A stretch of DNA of 25,195 bases, from positions 1 through 25,195 of the IMG/VR virus record IMGVR_UViG_3300018757_000032; one strand, 5' to 3'. Of this stretch, positions 16,864-25,195 are shown piece by piece (within the stretch, counting starts at the first letter, position 1; every line of letters starts with the position of its first letter). The position numbers were made by a program, and so were the translations under genes. The notes below the pieces were generated by a model that did no database searches, was not told where the DNA came from, and worked only from the letters and a program-made list of their open reading frames with translations. The stretch comes from a virus. Lineage: Duplodnaviria > Caudoviricetes.

Positions 16864-18576
16864 ATGGCAAACACAGATTTTATAAAGGAAATTGCACCGG
16901 ACGCCCAAAGAGTCTATAAAAAATATGATATTCTCGCGTCTCTCATTATTGCTCAAGCTTGTTTAGAGAGCGGATGGGGTACAAGTGAACTGGCGCAGAA
17001 AGGGAAAAACTTATTCGGCATCAAGGGTACTTATAACGGTCAATATGTTCTCATGTGGACGACTGAATATGATAAGAACGGAAATGCAACCAAAGTGCAA
17101 GCTCGCTTCCGAAAGTATCCGTCTTGGTATGAATCGATTCAGGATTTAGCCAAGCTATACATAAACGGAACGAGCTGGGACCCGGATCATTATAAAGCCG
17201 TAGTGGGGGAAAAAGATTACAAGAAGGCGACAGCTGCACTCGTAGAAGCTGAATATGCCTCCGATCCAAATTACGCCACCAAATTGAATAGTCTCATTTT
17301 CACTTACAAACTCACACAATATGACACTGCGGATGGGGTGCCAGATGGACCTGACGAGCCTGCAAACCCGAATCCTACCCCAGGGTATCCAAGCAAGGAA
17401 TATGACGGGAAAGATATAACACTCAATCAGAATCTGCCGTCAGATGTTGATTTTCCACAGCTGCATGTCTCATCAAAAGACGGAAAAAAGGTTGTGGAAA
17501 TAACGGGCGTTTCCGTCGATCTGACGGACAATACGACTGGCAAAAAGAGTTTTACCTTTACGATCACAAAAACACAGGAAAACGCTACTGAATTTGATTT
17601 ATTGGTGGATGACAATATTCTTTATTTGGACGAGAAAAAATTCAATCACCAAAAATATTACATTACGGGTGTCCAACTTCATCAAGAGAAAAATGTCATA
17701 AGGAAAACCGTTACAGCAAGCCACATATTCACTGTGCTGCTTATTAACAACAGGATTCATGAAACTGTATCAAAGAAATTAAGATTGAGAGATGCGCTTG
17801 ATTTTGCTTTGAAGAATACAGACTTCAAATATATTTTTAAGACGCCGGAGAGTGAATTTGAATCAGCAGATCAAGAAAATTTCGGTGATAAAAACTCGAC
17901 AGAGCTAATGGATGAAATCATTGAGGATTATGGGATTGAAATAGACGTGGATAATTACAAAATTTATATCTACAAAAAGATGGGGAAACGGATTAATTTC
18001 ACCCTAGATTCGCGCTATAATATGCCCGGCATTTCAATTACAACAAACTCGCAAAACAGTACAACACGAGCCTGGGGATACGGGGCCTTAAAAAAGGGGA
18101 GCAGTACTGATGACAAAAACCCTCAGTACGAGTTTGAGCCTATTTTATACATTCATCCAGACGAAAAGAAATTCTTGATTGAAGGGAAGCCACGCTGGGC
18201 TGAACCGATCAGGGATGAGCGCTATAAAAAAGCCAGCAGTATGATTTCTGCATTAAAAAGGCATGTGAATCCATATCCGGAAATGACGGTAGAAGCTGAT
18301 TTCCAAAAAATCTATGAGCCGAAGCTTTTAGAGATCGAGCAAGATTTCTGGAAAGGTGACACAATCCATGTCCTGGCTGATACGGCGGATGGTATCACAT
18401 TTGAAGATGATGTGAGACTTGTGTCCATCCAGTACAACCCTTTGAACCCATACAGCAGTCCCAAATTGACGTTTGCGAACTTCCGCAAAGATATCCAAAG
18501 CATAAATGTGGATCAAGCGAAAAGGCTTAGAGATCAAAAACGATATATTGACCAGCTTTTCAAAACGCTCAGGTAG
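16864..18576 (+). CDS. Tail-associated lysin/hub (Tal) with N-terminal GH73 glucosaminidase-like domain
   Basis: IAQACLESGWG...NLFGIKG...FRKY...YASDPNY, a Pro-rich linker, then a phage-tail endopeptidase-like domain (TTRAWGYG, IRDERY, KGDTIHV). Confidence 0.87.
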   Translation: MANTDFIKEIAPDAQRVYKKYDILASLIIAQACLESGWGTSELAQKGKNLFGIKGTYNGQYVLMWTTEYDKNGNATKVQARFRKYPSWYESIQDLAKLYINGTSWDPDHYKAVVGEKDYKKATAALVEAEYASDPNYATKLNSLIFTYKLTQYDTADGVPDGPDEPANPNPTPGYPSKEYDGKDITLNQNLPSDVDFPQLHVSSKDGKKVVEITGVSVDLTDNTTGKKSFTFTITKTQENATEFDLLVDDNILYLDEKKFNHQKYYITGVQLHQEKNVIRKTVTASHIFTVLLINNRIHETVSKKLRLRDALDFALKNTDFKYIFKTPESEFESADQENFGDKNSTELMDEIIEDYGIEIDVDNYKIYIYKKMGKRINFTLDSRYNMPGISITTNSQNSTTRAWGYGALKKGSSTDDKNPQYEFEPILYIHPDEKKFLIEGKPRWAEPIRDERYKKASSMISALKRHVNPYPEMTVEADFQKIYEPKLLEIEQDFWKGDTIHVLADTADGITFEDDVRLVSIQYNPLNPYSSPKLTFANFRKDIQSINVDQAKRLRDQKRYIDQLFKTLR

Positions 18577-18590
18577 GCGTTTTTTTATTT
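18562..18590 (+). terminator. Terminator-like hairpin after Tal
   Basis: AAAACGCT...GGCGTTTT followed by a T-run. Confidence 0.55.
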
Positions 18591-18612
18591 TGTCAAAAAG
18601 GGAGTGATGAAC

Positions 18613-21258
18613 ATGTTGCGGCTGATTAAGCACTATAATAAAACCCGTAATTCACTTTATGAATCCCAGCTAAGTGAAGATATGCAAACCATAGAAAATG
18701 CGTTGAATGATCACGACTATAATTTGAAAAGACATGAGTCTTCCAGAGCCGCCCACACGTCGGAACAAATCGACCATGGCGGCTTCACTGTTGGAAACCG
18801 TCTGAAAAATTTATCAGCTCGCTTTGCCAACTTGGTCACAAATCACGATGGTTCAGATGTCAAAGAGGTTGTGGATGCCCGGGTAACAACTGACGGAGAA
18901 ATTGCTCAAACATTGAAAGATCGTCTGGACTTAGAATTTAATAGACTCGCACAAAAAATAAAGCGCACTGTGTATGTAGATGACTTTGGGGCCGTTCCGG
19001 ACGGAAAAACCGACAGCACTGAGGCTTTCAAAAAGGCTTTAGGGAATGGCCGGGTGCGAATTGAGTTAAGTGCCGGTACTTATATTGTGAAAGGCATCAA
19101 GCTCCCATCCTGGACGTACTTGAATGGAAAGGGAAAAGGTATCACGACCATCAAGCTTCATGAGGATACGCCCGCCAGTGAGTGGGTGCTTACAAATGCA
19201 GACTATGAGAAGGGGAACAGAAACATTTTTGTGCAAGGGATGTCGCTTGACTGGAACCCGAATAGACAAGGCGGAGTTCGGGCGACTGGCGGGCAACATT
19301 CCAGCTGCTTAACACTTGCCAATGTGAAATACGGCTGGGTGAAAGATGTTGAGGCGATAAACCCAGGGCTGCACGGATTTGATATTACAGCTCCTACTTA
19401 TGATCATTTGCCAACAACCGATTATACGAAGAACGGGAGTCGTTATATATGGCTAGACAATTGCGTTGCATACGGATATGGCGACGATGGGATTACCACA
19501 CATTACAGCGAATATATTTTCATCTCCAATTCACATTGTGTTTATCCAAGCGGCAAAGCTCATAAACAGGGGGAGTCCAATTCCAACGGTATTGAAATTG
19601 ATGACGGTTCAAAGCACGCCTGGATACTGAATTGCTATTCTGAGGGAAATGTCAGGGGCGTGGAGGTTAAAGCTCATGCCAAATGGCCGGCTGCTCAAAA
19701 TGTCCATGTCATCGGTCATGTGTCTTATCGTGATGTGCGGTCATACGATATCCGTCATATCGGCCATCATTTAGCATCTGACCCTGAAAGCACGACAGCT
19801 TACGGTGTCACATTAACAGATTGCACGGCGATTGAACCGGTATTTAATTCCTTGTATAAGGACCTTTCACCGCGTGCGCTTGTTATTTCTGCCTATAAAA
19901 ATGTCGTGGTAAGCGGCTTTACAGCCATCGGTGATCCTTCATACGATTATAAAAACTATCCGGCTATCGCATTGCAATATCGCAGCCGAAACATCTCACT
20001 CAATGGGATTCAAGTGCGTGGATTTAAAAAAGCTGAAGCGGATATCCGTCTATTTGGCGGTGACCAGCGGACCGACAATGTTAATATTTCGAACTTTACT
20101 TTTTATAAATCGGCCAAAAGCGGCATCGTGATTGGCGGGAGAGTATATAACGTTAATATCAATAATGGGATTATGACAGGGGAAAAGGGTGCTTACGGTA
20201 TCACTTCACCAAACAGTCAAGCCAATATTGTGGGTGTTTATGCAGAGGGTTATGATTACGCGGCAATGATTAAAGGCCAAAAGTATAAATATGTGCCAAA
20301 CAACTTAAAAGGCGGGACGAGGGCCGCCACAACTTCAGGATATGCGACCTCAGAGACCGGTTTTATTGCGGCTTCTTCCGGTGATCCTGTCGCTTCCGGA
20401 GAGGCTTCATCTGTCATTGGATCAACCGGCGGATGTAAGGCACAAGGTACGCGGAATGTGGTGATCGGTTCTTCTGATAGATCGACCACAACAAAAGAAG
20501 GAAGCCGGTCTGTCATTGGATCATCAAATAATGTCAGGATTGAGGGGGATGGAGTATCCCGAACAATTTTATCCTCACAAGCTGTCATAAACAATAAGAG
20601 CTATACGGTGGCGCTTGGATACGGCACCGGGAGTCCATCGGCTTCAAATAAAAAGATAGAGATCAACGCAAAGGCTGGGAATGTTTTAGGCACCGGTCGT
20701 ATTGAAAGTGTATCTGACTTAAAGGACTTGGCTGAATACTTTGAATCCAAAGACGGCAGCAAGATTGAGTCCGGTTACCTGGTAACATTGGACGGCGATA
20801 AAATCCGGAAAGCAGAAAAAGGTGAAAAGGTTTTAGGCGTTATTTCAGAGACAGCCGGCGTCATTATGGGCGGCGCAGCTTTTTATTGGAATGATCGCTA
20901 TTTGAGAAATGAGTTCGGCGGGATCATCTATGAAGAAATCGACATTGAATCAGAAGACAAAGACGGTAATATGGTAATTCAAAAAGAACTTGTTCCGAAA
21001 GAAAATCCACATTACGATCCGGATGTAGAATATATTCCGCGGGAAGAGCGAGACGAGTGGCATGTTGTGGGGCTGGTCGGCCAGGTCTATGTCAGGATTG
21101 ATGATACGGTCCAAGCAGGAGACAGCATCGTTCCTTCGGGCGGCATTGGCACGAAATCAGAAGACGGAACAGGCTTTTATGTGATGCGTATTAAGCAGCC
21201 TCACTCTCATCAAAAAGGATATGGTGTCGCCCTGGTCTTTATGTATCCGCAGCTGTAA
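18613..21258 (+). CDS. Tail spike / pre-neck-appendage-like protein: beta-helix plus C-terminal peptidase G2 autocleaving chaperone
   Basis: EVVDARV N-domain, VDDFGAVPDGKTDSTEAF (pectate_lyase_3-like start), beta-helix repeats, DLAEYFES...GVIS...EWHVVGLVGQV. ATG 18613 fits RBS AAGGGAG best. Confidence 0.87.
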   Translation: MLRLIKHYNKTRNSLYESQLSEDMQTIENALNDHDYNLKRHESSRAAHTSEQIDHGGFTVGNRLKNLSARFANLVTNHDGSDVKEVVDARVTTDGEIAQTLKDRLDLEFNRLAQKIKRTVYVDDFGAVPDGKTDSTEAFKKALGNGRVRIELSAGTYIVKGIKLPSWTYLNGKGKGITTIKLHEDTPASEWVLTNADYEKGNRNIFVQGMSLDWNPNRQGGVRATGGQHSSCLTLANVKYGWVKDVEAINPGLHGFDITAPTYDHLPTTDYTKNGSRYIWLDNCVAYGYGDDGITTHYSEYIFISNSHCVYPSGKAHKQGESNSNGIEIDDGSKHAWILNCYSEGNVRGVEVKAHAKWPAAQNVHVIGHVSYRDVRSYDIRHIGHHLASDPESTTAYGVTLTDCTAIEPVFNSLYKDLSPRALVISAYKNVVVSGFTAIGDPSYDYKNYPAIALQYRSRNISLNGIQVRGFKKAEADIRLFGGDQRTDNVNISNFTFYKSAKSGIVIGGRVYNVNINNGIMTGEKGAYGITSPNSQANIVGVYAEGYDYAAMIKGQKYKYVPNNLKGGTRAATTSGYATSETGFIAASSGDPVASGEASSVIGSTGGCKAQGTRNVVIGSSDRSTTTKEGSRSVIGSSNNVRIEGDGVSRTILSSQAVINNKSYTVALGYGTGSPSASNKKIEINAKAGNVLGTGRIESVSDLKDLAEYFESKDGSKIESGYLVTLDGDKIRKAEKGEKVLGVISETAGVIMGGAAFYWNDRYLRNEFGGIIYEEIDIESEDKDGNMVIQKELVPKENPHYDPDVEYIPREERDEWHVVGLVGQVYVRIDDTVQAGDSIVPSGGIGTKSEDGTGFYVMRIKQPHSHQKGYGVALVFMYPQL

Positions 21259-21271
21259 AGGAGGCTCATTG

Positions 21272-22621
21272 ATGATTTATAAACAAGGTGGTATATCACT
21301 TGATATAAACGCGCGGAAATCGAGCGCGCAATCAACCAACATCCAATTTTTCACCCAGGATACGGGCAGCGCAAAGCTGTCCTTTTCTTTTACAAAAGAT
21401 GGCGTTCCATTGCCCCTTTCGGCCGTAGACGCTAAAATTGTCCTTCTGTATGCGGACGACTCGTTTTATAAACGCAGTCTGACGCTGACGGACAAGGTAA
21501 ACGGGAAAGCCGAATATGTTTTGTCTGACGAAGAACTCAAGCATTACGGAGAGTGTAAGGCTGAAATCAAGCTTTATTATACGAATGGTCAGGCGCTTGC
21601 GACGGTCTTTTTTACCTTCCACATTGAGAAAACTCTTGAAGATCAAAACATCGTGCCTGTTGCGGAGTATTATATTGACGATTTTGAAACGCTCCGGGCT
21701 GGCATTAACAAAACGGTGGCGGAGATTAGCCAAACTCTTGATGAGATCAAAGCAAAATTTGCGGAGTTTGAAAATATTGAAACAAAAGACGGGGCAACGG
21801 AAAAGGCGAATAAGGCTGAAGCGAATGCAAAGGAATACACGGACAAAGCTGAAGCGAGCGCGAAAGAATACACTGACAAAGCGGCAGTAAGCGCGAAGGA
21901 ATACACGGACGCTCATGCCAAAAACACGGATATTCATATCACGGCAGCTGAGCGGGATAAATGGAATGAGGCGGAGTCCCGGGCTGAGTCTCATATCAAT
22001 AATCAGTCGAACCCTCATCAAGTAACGACAAAGCAGGTTACACTTATTAATGATCCAGCATTTCAAGATGCTTCTTATGAGGGAGATAATTATCCAGATG
22101 GAATCTCAACATTTCCGCTATTAGTTAATGAAGCCACAGGATACCCGAATTCATATGGCGGTATTTTAAATGTGAAATCAACTCAATATCGGTTTGCTCA
22201 GGTTTTCTTTCCAGCGGGAAATTTGAAAGACCCGAGAATTTACATTCGTCATTGGTATCATAGTCTAGGTTGGACTGATTTTGTCATGATTCCAACTTCA
22301 AATGATCTAAAGCCTGCCTGGACTGAAGTTCCTTTAAAAAACGGTGCGAAACATGGGGCCAGAAAAGTTATGTGTGCGGTGGTTGGCGGTTTTCTTTGTT
22401 TAAAAGGCGAGGTAATCACCAATAGAGGTGTGATTTTTGGCACGCTCCCAGCTTCTTATAGACCTGACCAGCTCCGCAGCAGACTTGTTCCTATATTCGG
22501 TACAACAGGGATGACCAAATTGTATATCGAAACAAACGGAAATATGAGGCTGGAGGGGCAAATCGCTGATAAGTCCGAGAACATAACTTCTTATGGTTTG
22601 GACGAAATTATTCCCCTGTAG
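21272..22621 (+). CDS. BppU-like baseplate upper protein / tail fibre
   Basis: FFTQDTGSAKLSF...GKAEYVL N-domain, coiled-coil repeats, IHITAAERDKWN, HINNQSNPHQVT, C-terminal GTLPASYRP. Start moved to ATG 21272 after AAGGAGG. Confidence 0.85.
   Translation: MIYKQGGISLDINARKSSAQSTNIQFFTQDTGSAKLSFSFTKDGVPLPLSAVDAKIVLLYADDSFYKRSLTLTDKVNGKAEYVLSDEELKHYGECKAEIKLYYTNGQALATVFFTFHIEKTLEDQNIVPVAEYYIDDFETLRAGINKTVAEISQTLDEIKAKFAEFENIETKDGATEKANKAEANAKEYTDKAEASAKEYTDKAAVSAKEYTDAHAKNTDIHITAAERDKWNEAESRAESHINNQSNPHQVTTKQVTLINDPAFQDASYEGDNYPDGISTFPLLVNEATGYPNSYGGILNVKSTQYRFAQVFFPAGNLKDPRIYIRHWYHSLGWTDFVMIPTSNDLKPAWTEVPLKNGAKHGARKVMCAVVGGFLCLKGEVITNRGVIFGTLPASYRPDQLRSRLVPIFGTTGMTKLYIETNGNMRLEGQIADKSENITSYGLDEIIPL
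21812..21910 (+). repeat. Three tandem 33-bp in-frame repeats (KAEANAKEYTD / KAEASAKEYTD / KAAVSAKEYTD)
   Basis: Read directly in both DNA and protein. Confidence 0.9.
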
Positions 22622-22633
22622 GAGAGATAAGTC

Positions 22634-22957
22634 ATGAAAAACATTTTTAAATATGACAAAGAGACGTTCTTGTTGATTGATAATGATATCATTCAGCCTG
22701 ATGATCAAGGGAACTATGAAATTCCGGATGGATGGACAGACATTCCTTTTGACCCTGGTTTATATCTTCCGAAGTTTTATCCGGACGAAAAGGTGTGGAA
22801 GGAATCGGCTACAAAAGAGTATATTGAAAGCTTGCAGCCTCCGGAGCCTGAAGCGAGTGAAATTGAGCTATTAAAAAAGCAAAATGCTTTACTCTCTTAT
22901 CAATTGGCCCGTCTTCAAAAAGAAGTTGCATCATTGAAAGGTGATGGTTCTTCATGA
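22634..22957 (+). CDS. Small tail-associated protein (XkdW/YomQ-like)
   Basis: IPDGWTDIP...GLYLPKF...WKESATKEYIESL plus C-terminal coiled coil; precedes an XkdX-like gene. Confidence 0.7.
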   Translation: MKNIFKYDKETFLLIDNDIIQPDDQGNYEIPDGWTDIPFDPGLYLPKFYPDEKVWKESATKEYIESLQPPEPEASEIELLKKQNALLSYQLARLQKEVASLKGDGSS

Positions 22958-23139
22958 TATATCCAGACTTTGCGGCTATTAAGCAGTTTTACGATTGGGG
23001 TTGTTATGATGATGACTCAATCATGAGAGATTACGTAGATTGGGGCCATATTACCCCGGCAGAATATGAAGAAATAACAGGCCGGAGCTATGACAAACCC
23101 GCTGTCTGTGTGGATTTAGGAATGACAAGCGCCCGATAA
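22954..23139 (+). CDS. XkdX family protein
   Basis: IKQFYDWGCY...YVDWGHITPAEYEEITG. Confidence 0.88.
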   Translation: MIYPDFAAIKQFYDWGCYDDDSIMRDYVDWGHITPAEYEEITGRSYDKPAVCVDLGMTSAR

Positions 23140-23154
23140 GGGTGTTTTTATTTT
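23128..23154 (+). terminator. Terminator-like hairpin before the lysis cassette
   Basis: AGCGCCC-GATAA-GGGTGTT-TTTATTTT. Confidence 0.6.
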
Positions 23155-23201
23155 GCCTCAAAGGAGGTGAAAACGATGTGAGAACAGGAGGATTAGGGGA
23201 C

Positions 23202-23471
23202 ATGACGCAACCGAATGATTATGATGTTTTACAAAAAGAAATCGCAGAAATTAAAGCAGATCAAAAAACACAAGATCAGCGGATTACTACTCTCGAAAGA
23301 ACAACTGACCGTCATGATCAGCAAATCATTTCTATCAATGAAAAGCTGAACAAGATCGAGGAAAACACAACTTGGATCAAGCGCAGCATCACCGGCGCGA
23401 TCATTACAGCGGTCAGCACCGGCATCATCGGCGGCGCAATCGCTGTTTTTTATAATCTACTGCAGAAATAA
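23202..23471 (+). CDS. XhlA-family holin-accessory protein (alternative start GTG 23178)
   Basis: Coiled coil, then KIEENTTWIKRSITGAII and a C-terminal TM; RBS AGGAGG at 23186. Confidence 0.85.
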   Translation: MTQPNDYDVLQKEIAEIKADQKTQDQRITTLERTTDRHDQQIISINEKLNKIEENTTWIKRSITGAIITAVSTGIIGGAIAVFYNLLQK

Positions 23472-23486
23472 GGAGGAAAACACAAT

Positions 23487-23750
23487 ATGAAAAACTTTGA
23501 CAAAGGCACGGTCGTCCGGACGGTGCTTCTTTTTATTGCATTGGTAAACCAGACATTGATCATGTTCGGAAAGGCAGCTTTGCCGATCAGCGAGGATCAG
23601 GTCAATACGTTGGCCGACGCTTTGTATGTGGCCGGCTCCACGATTTTTACAATTGTCACGACGTTGGTCGCTTGGTTTAAAAACAACTATGTCACCGGTA
23701 AAGGTAAGCAGCAAAAAGAAGTTCTGAAACAAAAGGGATTAACAAAATGA
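23487..23750 (+). CDS. Holin (SPP1/XhlB family)
   Basis: [18 protein letters not shown]...[18 protein letters not shown]. Confidence 0.92.
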   Translation: MKNFDKGTVVRTVLLFIALVNQTLIMFGKAALPISEDQVNTLADALYVAGSTIFTIVTTLVAWFKNNYVTGKGKQQKEVLKQKGLTK

Positions 23751-23778
23751 GGTTGCCGGCTGGCAGCCTTTTTTATTT
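23750..23778 (+). terminator. Terminator-like hairpin between holin and endolysin
   Basis: AGGTTGCC-GGCT-GGCAGCCT-TTTTT. Confidence 0.65.
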
Positions 23779-23801
23779 AAAACAAAATAGGAGGAGTTCA
23801 C

Positions 23802-24881
23802 ATGGTTAAAGTTGTGAAGAATTATGTTAAAGTCAATCAGTATACCCGGCCGGGTCTGAAAATGTCGGGAGTTAAAGGCATTGTCATGCACTGGACGGCT
23901 ACTCCTGGCGCGTCCGCACTGAATGAGCGTAATTATTTCAATGGCACGTGTATTGCGGACAAACGATATGCGTCATCCCATTATTTTGTGGATCGAAAAG
24001 AAGCGCAATTGATTATTCCCGAAAATGAAGTCGCCTACCACGCACATGATCAAAACCGTTGCTATGTCAGTTTTTTAAAGCCGAATGCCAACATAAAGGC
24101 GATCGGCGTTGAAATGTGTGTCGAAAAAAACGGACAGATTCACAGCGAGACCATTCAAAATGCTGCCGAAGTGGTAGCCGATCTATGTCGGCGTTACGGC
24201 CTTTCTACAGACAAAATCGTGCGGCATTACGACGTGACAAATAAAAGCTGCCCAGCGCCGTGGGTGAGGGATTCAAGTCAACTGACGACATTCAGGAAAA
24301 AAGTCGATTCCCTGCTTGGAAATAAAACTGTGTCAAAGACGACATCATCCACGAGCCAGTCAAGCAAATCCACAGGAACTATCCTGAAAAAAGGGTCGTC
24401 CGGTTCCCAGGTCAAGGCGCTGCAGAAACGTTTGATTGCCGCTGGCTTCTCACTGCCGAAATACGGGGCTGATGGGTCTTACGGAAATGAAACGGTGCAA
24501 GCTGTCAAAGCTCTGCAAAAGAAAGCGGGTATCGCGGTGGATGGAATTTACGGACCGGCTACAGAAAAGGCTCTCGCAGGTATTGAAGCGAAAAAGAAAA
24601 AGTCGTCCTCAAGCAGCAAAAAATCATCCTACCCGCTGCCAACGGGCATCTACAAAGTCAAAAGCCCGCTGATGAAAGGGACGGCTGTCCGGCAGATTCA
24701 GGAGGCTTTAGCTGCCCTCTATTTCTATTCAGAGAAGGGCGCGAAAAATAACGGTATAGATGGTTATTACGGGGCGAAAACGGCAAACGCGGTCAAACGG
24801 TTCCAACTGATGTACGGGCTGCCTGCGGATGGTATTTACGGTCCAAAAACGAAAGCAAAACTTGAATCCTTACTGAAGTAA
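23802..24881 (+). CDS. Endolysin: N-acetylmuramoyl-L-alanine amidase (Amidase_2) with two PG_binding_1-like domains
   Basis: IVMHWT, SSHYFVD, AYHA, IGVEMC, RHYDVTNKSCP; repeated DGxYGxxT..AV motifs separated by Ser/Lys linkers. Confidence 0.94.
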   Translation: MVKVVKNYVKVNQYTRPGLKMSGVKGIVMHWTATPGASALNERNYFNGTCIADKRYASSHYFVDRKEAQLIIPENEVAYHAHDQNRCYVSFLKPNANIKAIGVEMCVEKNGQIHSETIQNAAEVVADLCRRYGLSTDKIVRHYDVTNKSCPAPWVRDSSQLTTFRKKVDSLLGNKTVSKTTSSTSQSSKSTGTILKKGSSGSQVKALQKRLIAAGFSLPKYGADGSYGNETVQAVKALQKKAGIAVDGIYGPATEKALAGIEAKKKKSSSSSKKSSYPLPTGIYKVKSPLMKGTAVRQIQEALAALYFYSEKGAKNNGIDGYYGAKTANAVKRFQLMYGLPADGIYGPKTKAKLESLLK

Positions 24882-24882
24882 T

Positions 24883-24912
24883 AAAAAAAGGCCTCAAAAA
24901 AGGGGCCTTCTT
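24883..24912. terminator. Bidirectional terminator between convergent genes
   Basis: A-run, AAGGCCTC-AAAAAA-GGGGCCTT, then CTT. Confidence 0.7.
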
Positions 24913-25195
24913 ATCTCCATCTCCAATTTATTTCATTATCATTTTCGTAAATCCCCGGAAGGGATATACCAACCTTTTTTTGCTTTTCATCAATAATAAA
25001 CCAATTTTCATCATCTAACCATTCTTCACTATACTGTTCAATGGCAAAAGGATCATCCTCGTTTACTACAGCCTTAAAGAAATCTCTGAACTTTTCCATG
25101 TTTTTATTAGGAATGATTGTTCCATACATCCAGACACCTTCAACAGTAGCGCCTTTTATTTCACCCAAGCATTCATTTTTATAATATAGAAGCAT
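24911..25195 (-). CDS. Hypothetical acidic protein, convergent with the lysin (may extend beyond the window)
   Basis: 94-aa ORF whose ATG falls on the last bases of the window; AT-rich; ends at the shared terminator. Confidence 0.7.
   Translation of the reverse strand: MLLYYKNECLGEIKGATVEGVWMYGTIIPNKNMEKFRDFFKAVVNEDDPFAIEQYSEEWLDDENWFIIDEKQKKVGISLPGIYENDNEINWRWR

Larger units (their letters stand above)
1..24912 (+). mobile_element. Bacillus siphovirus prophage/phage late region (phi105-like organisation)
   Basis: Complete, colinear packaging-head-tail-lysis gene order with Firmicute-type RBSs. Confidence 0.95.

Noticed and set aside
21221-21271. Track start of the BppU-like gene at 21221 (similarly 23142 for XhlA and 1753 for the Zn-ribbon ORF)
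   Set aside because: These starts lie upstream of or overlap the evident RBS; downstream starts fit SD spacing.
21332-22066. 244-aa minus-strand ORF and other antisense or alternate-frame ORFs inside structural genes (e.g. 14875..15408, 8545..8799)
   Set aside because: Shadow frames of well-supported + strand genes and repeats; no independent signals.

Overview
Late (morphogenesis and lysis) region of a temperate, cos-type, long-tailed (siphovirus, phi105-like) phage or prophage of a Bacillus subtilis-group host, almost all on the + strand. Gene order: C-terminal part of a tyrosine recombinase; a 1.7-kb accessory leader; HNH nuclease; probable cos; terS; terL; portal; ClpP-type protease; HK97-type capsid; collagen-like protein; head-tail and tail genes (with a -1 frameshift chaperone); tape measure with SLT domain; Dit; GH73-Tal; beta-helix/peptidase-G2 spike; BppU-like fibre; XkdW/XkdX-like; XhlA-like; holin; amidase; then a convergent AT-rich ORF. 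The most unusual part is 350-2700. It holds a bipartite inverted repeat and tandem DnaA boxes behind the recombinase, and a putative late promoter with 11-bp-phased repeats. Three near-identical hairpin repeats then delimit cassette-like units, one of which is an ORF-free, highly structured RNA-like segment. A promoter-plus-terminator-defined antisense small RNA lies beside cos. All family assignments come from motif recognition and gene order, not from database searches.
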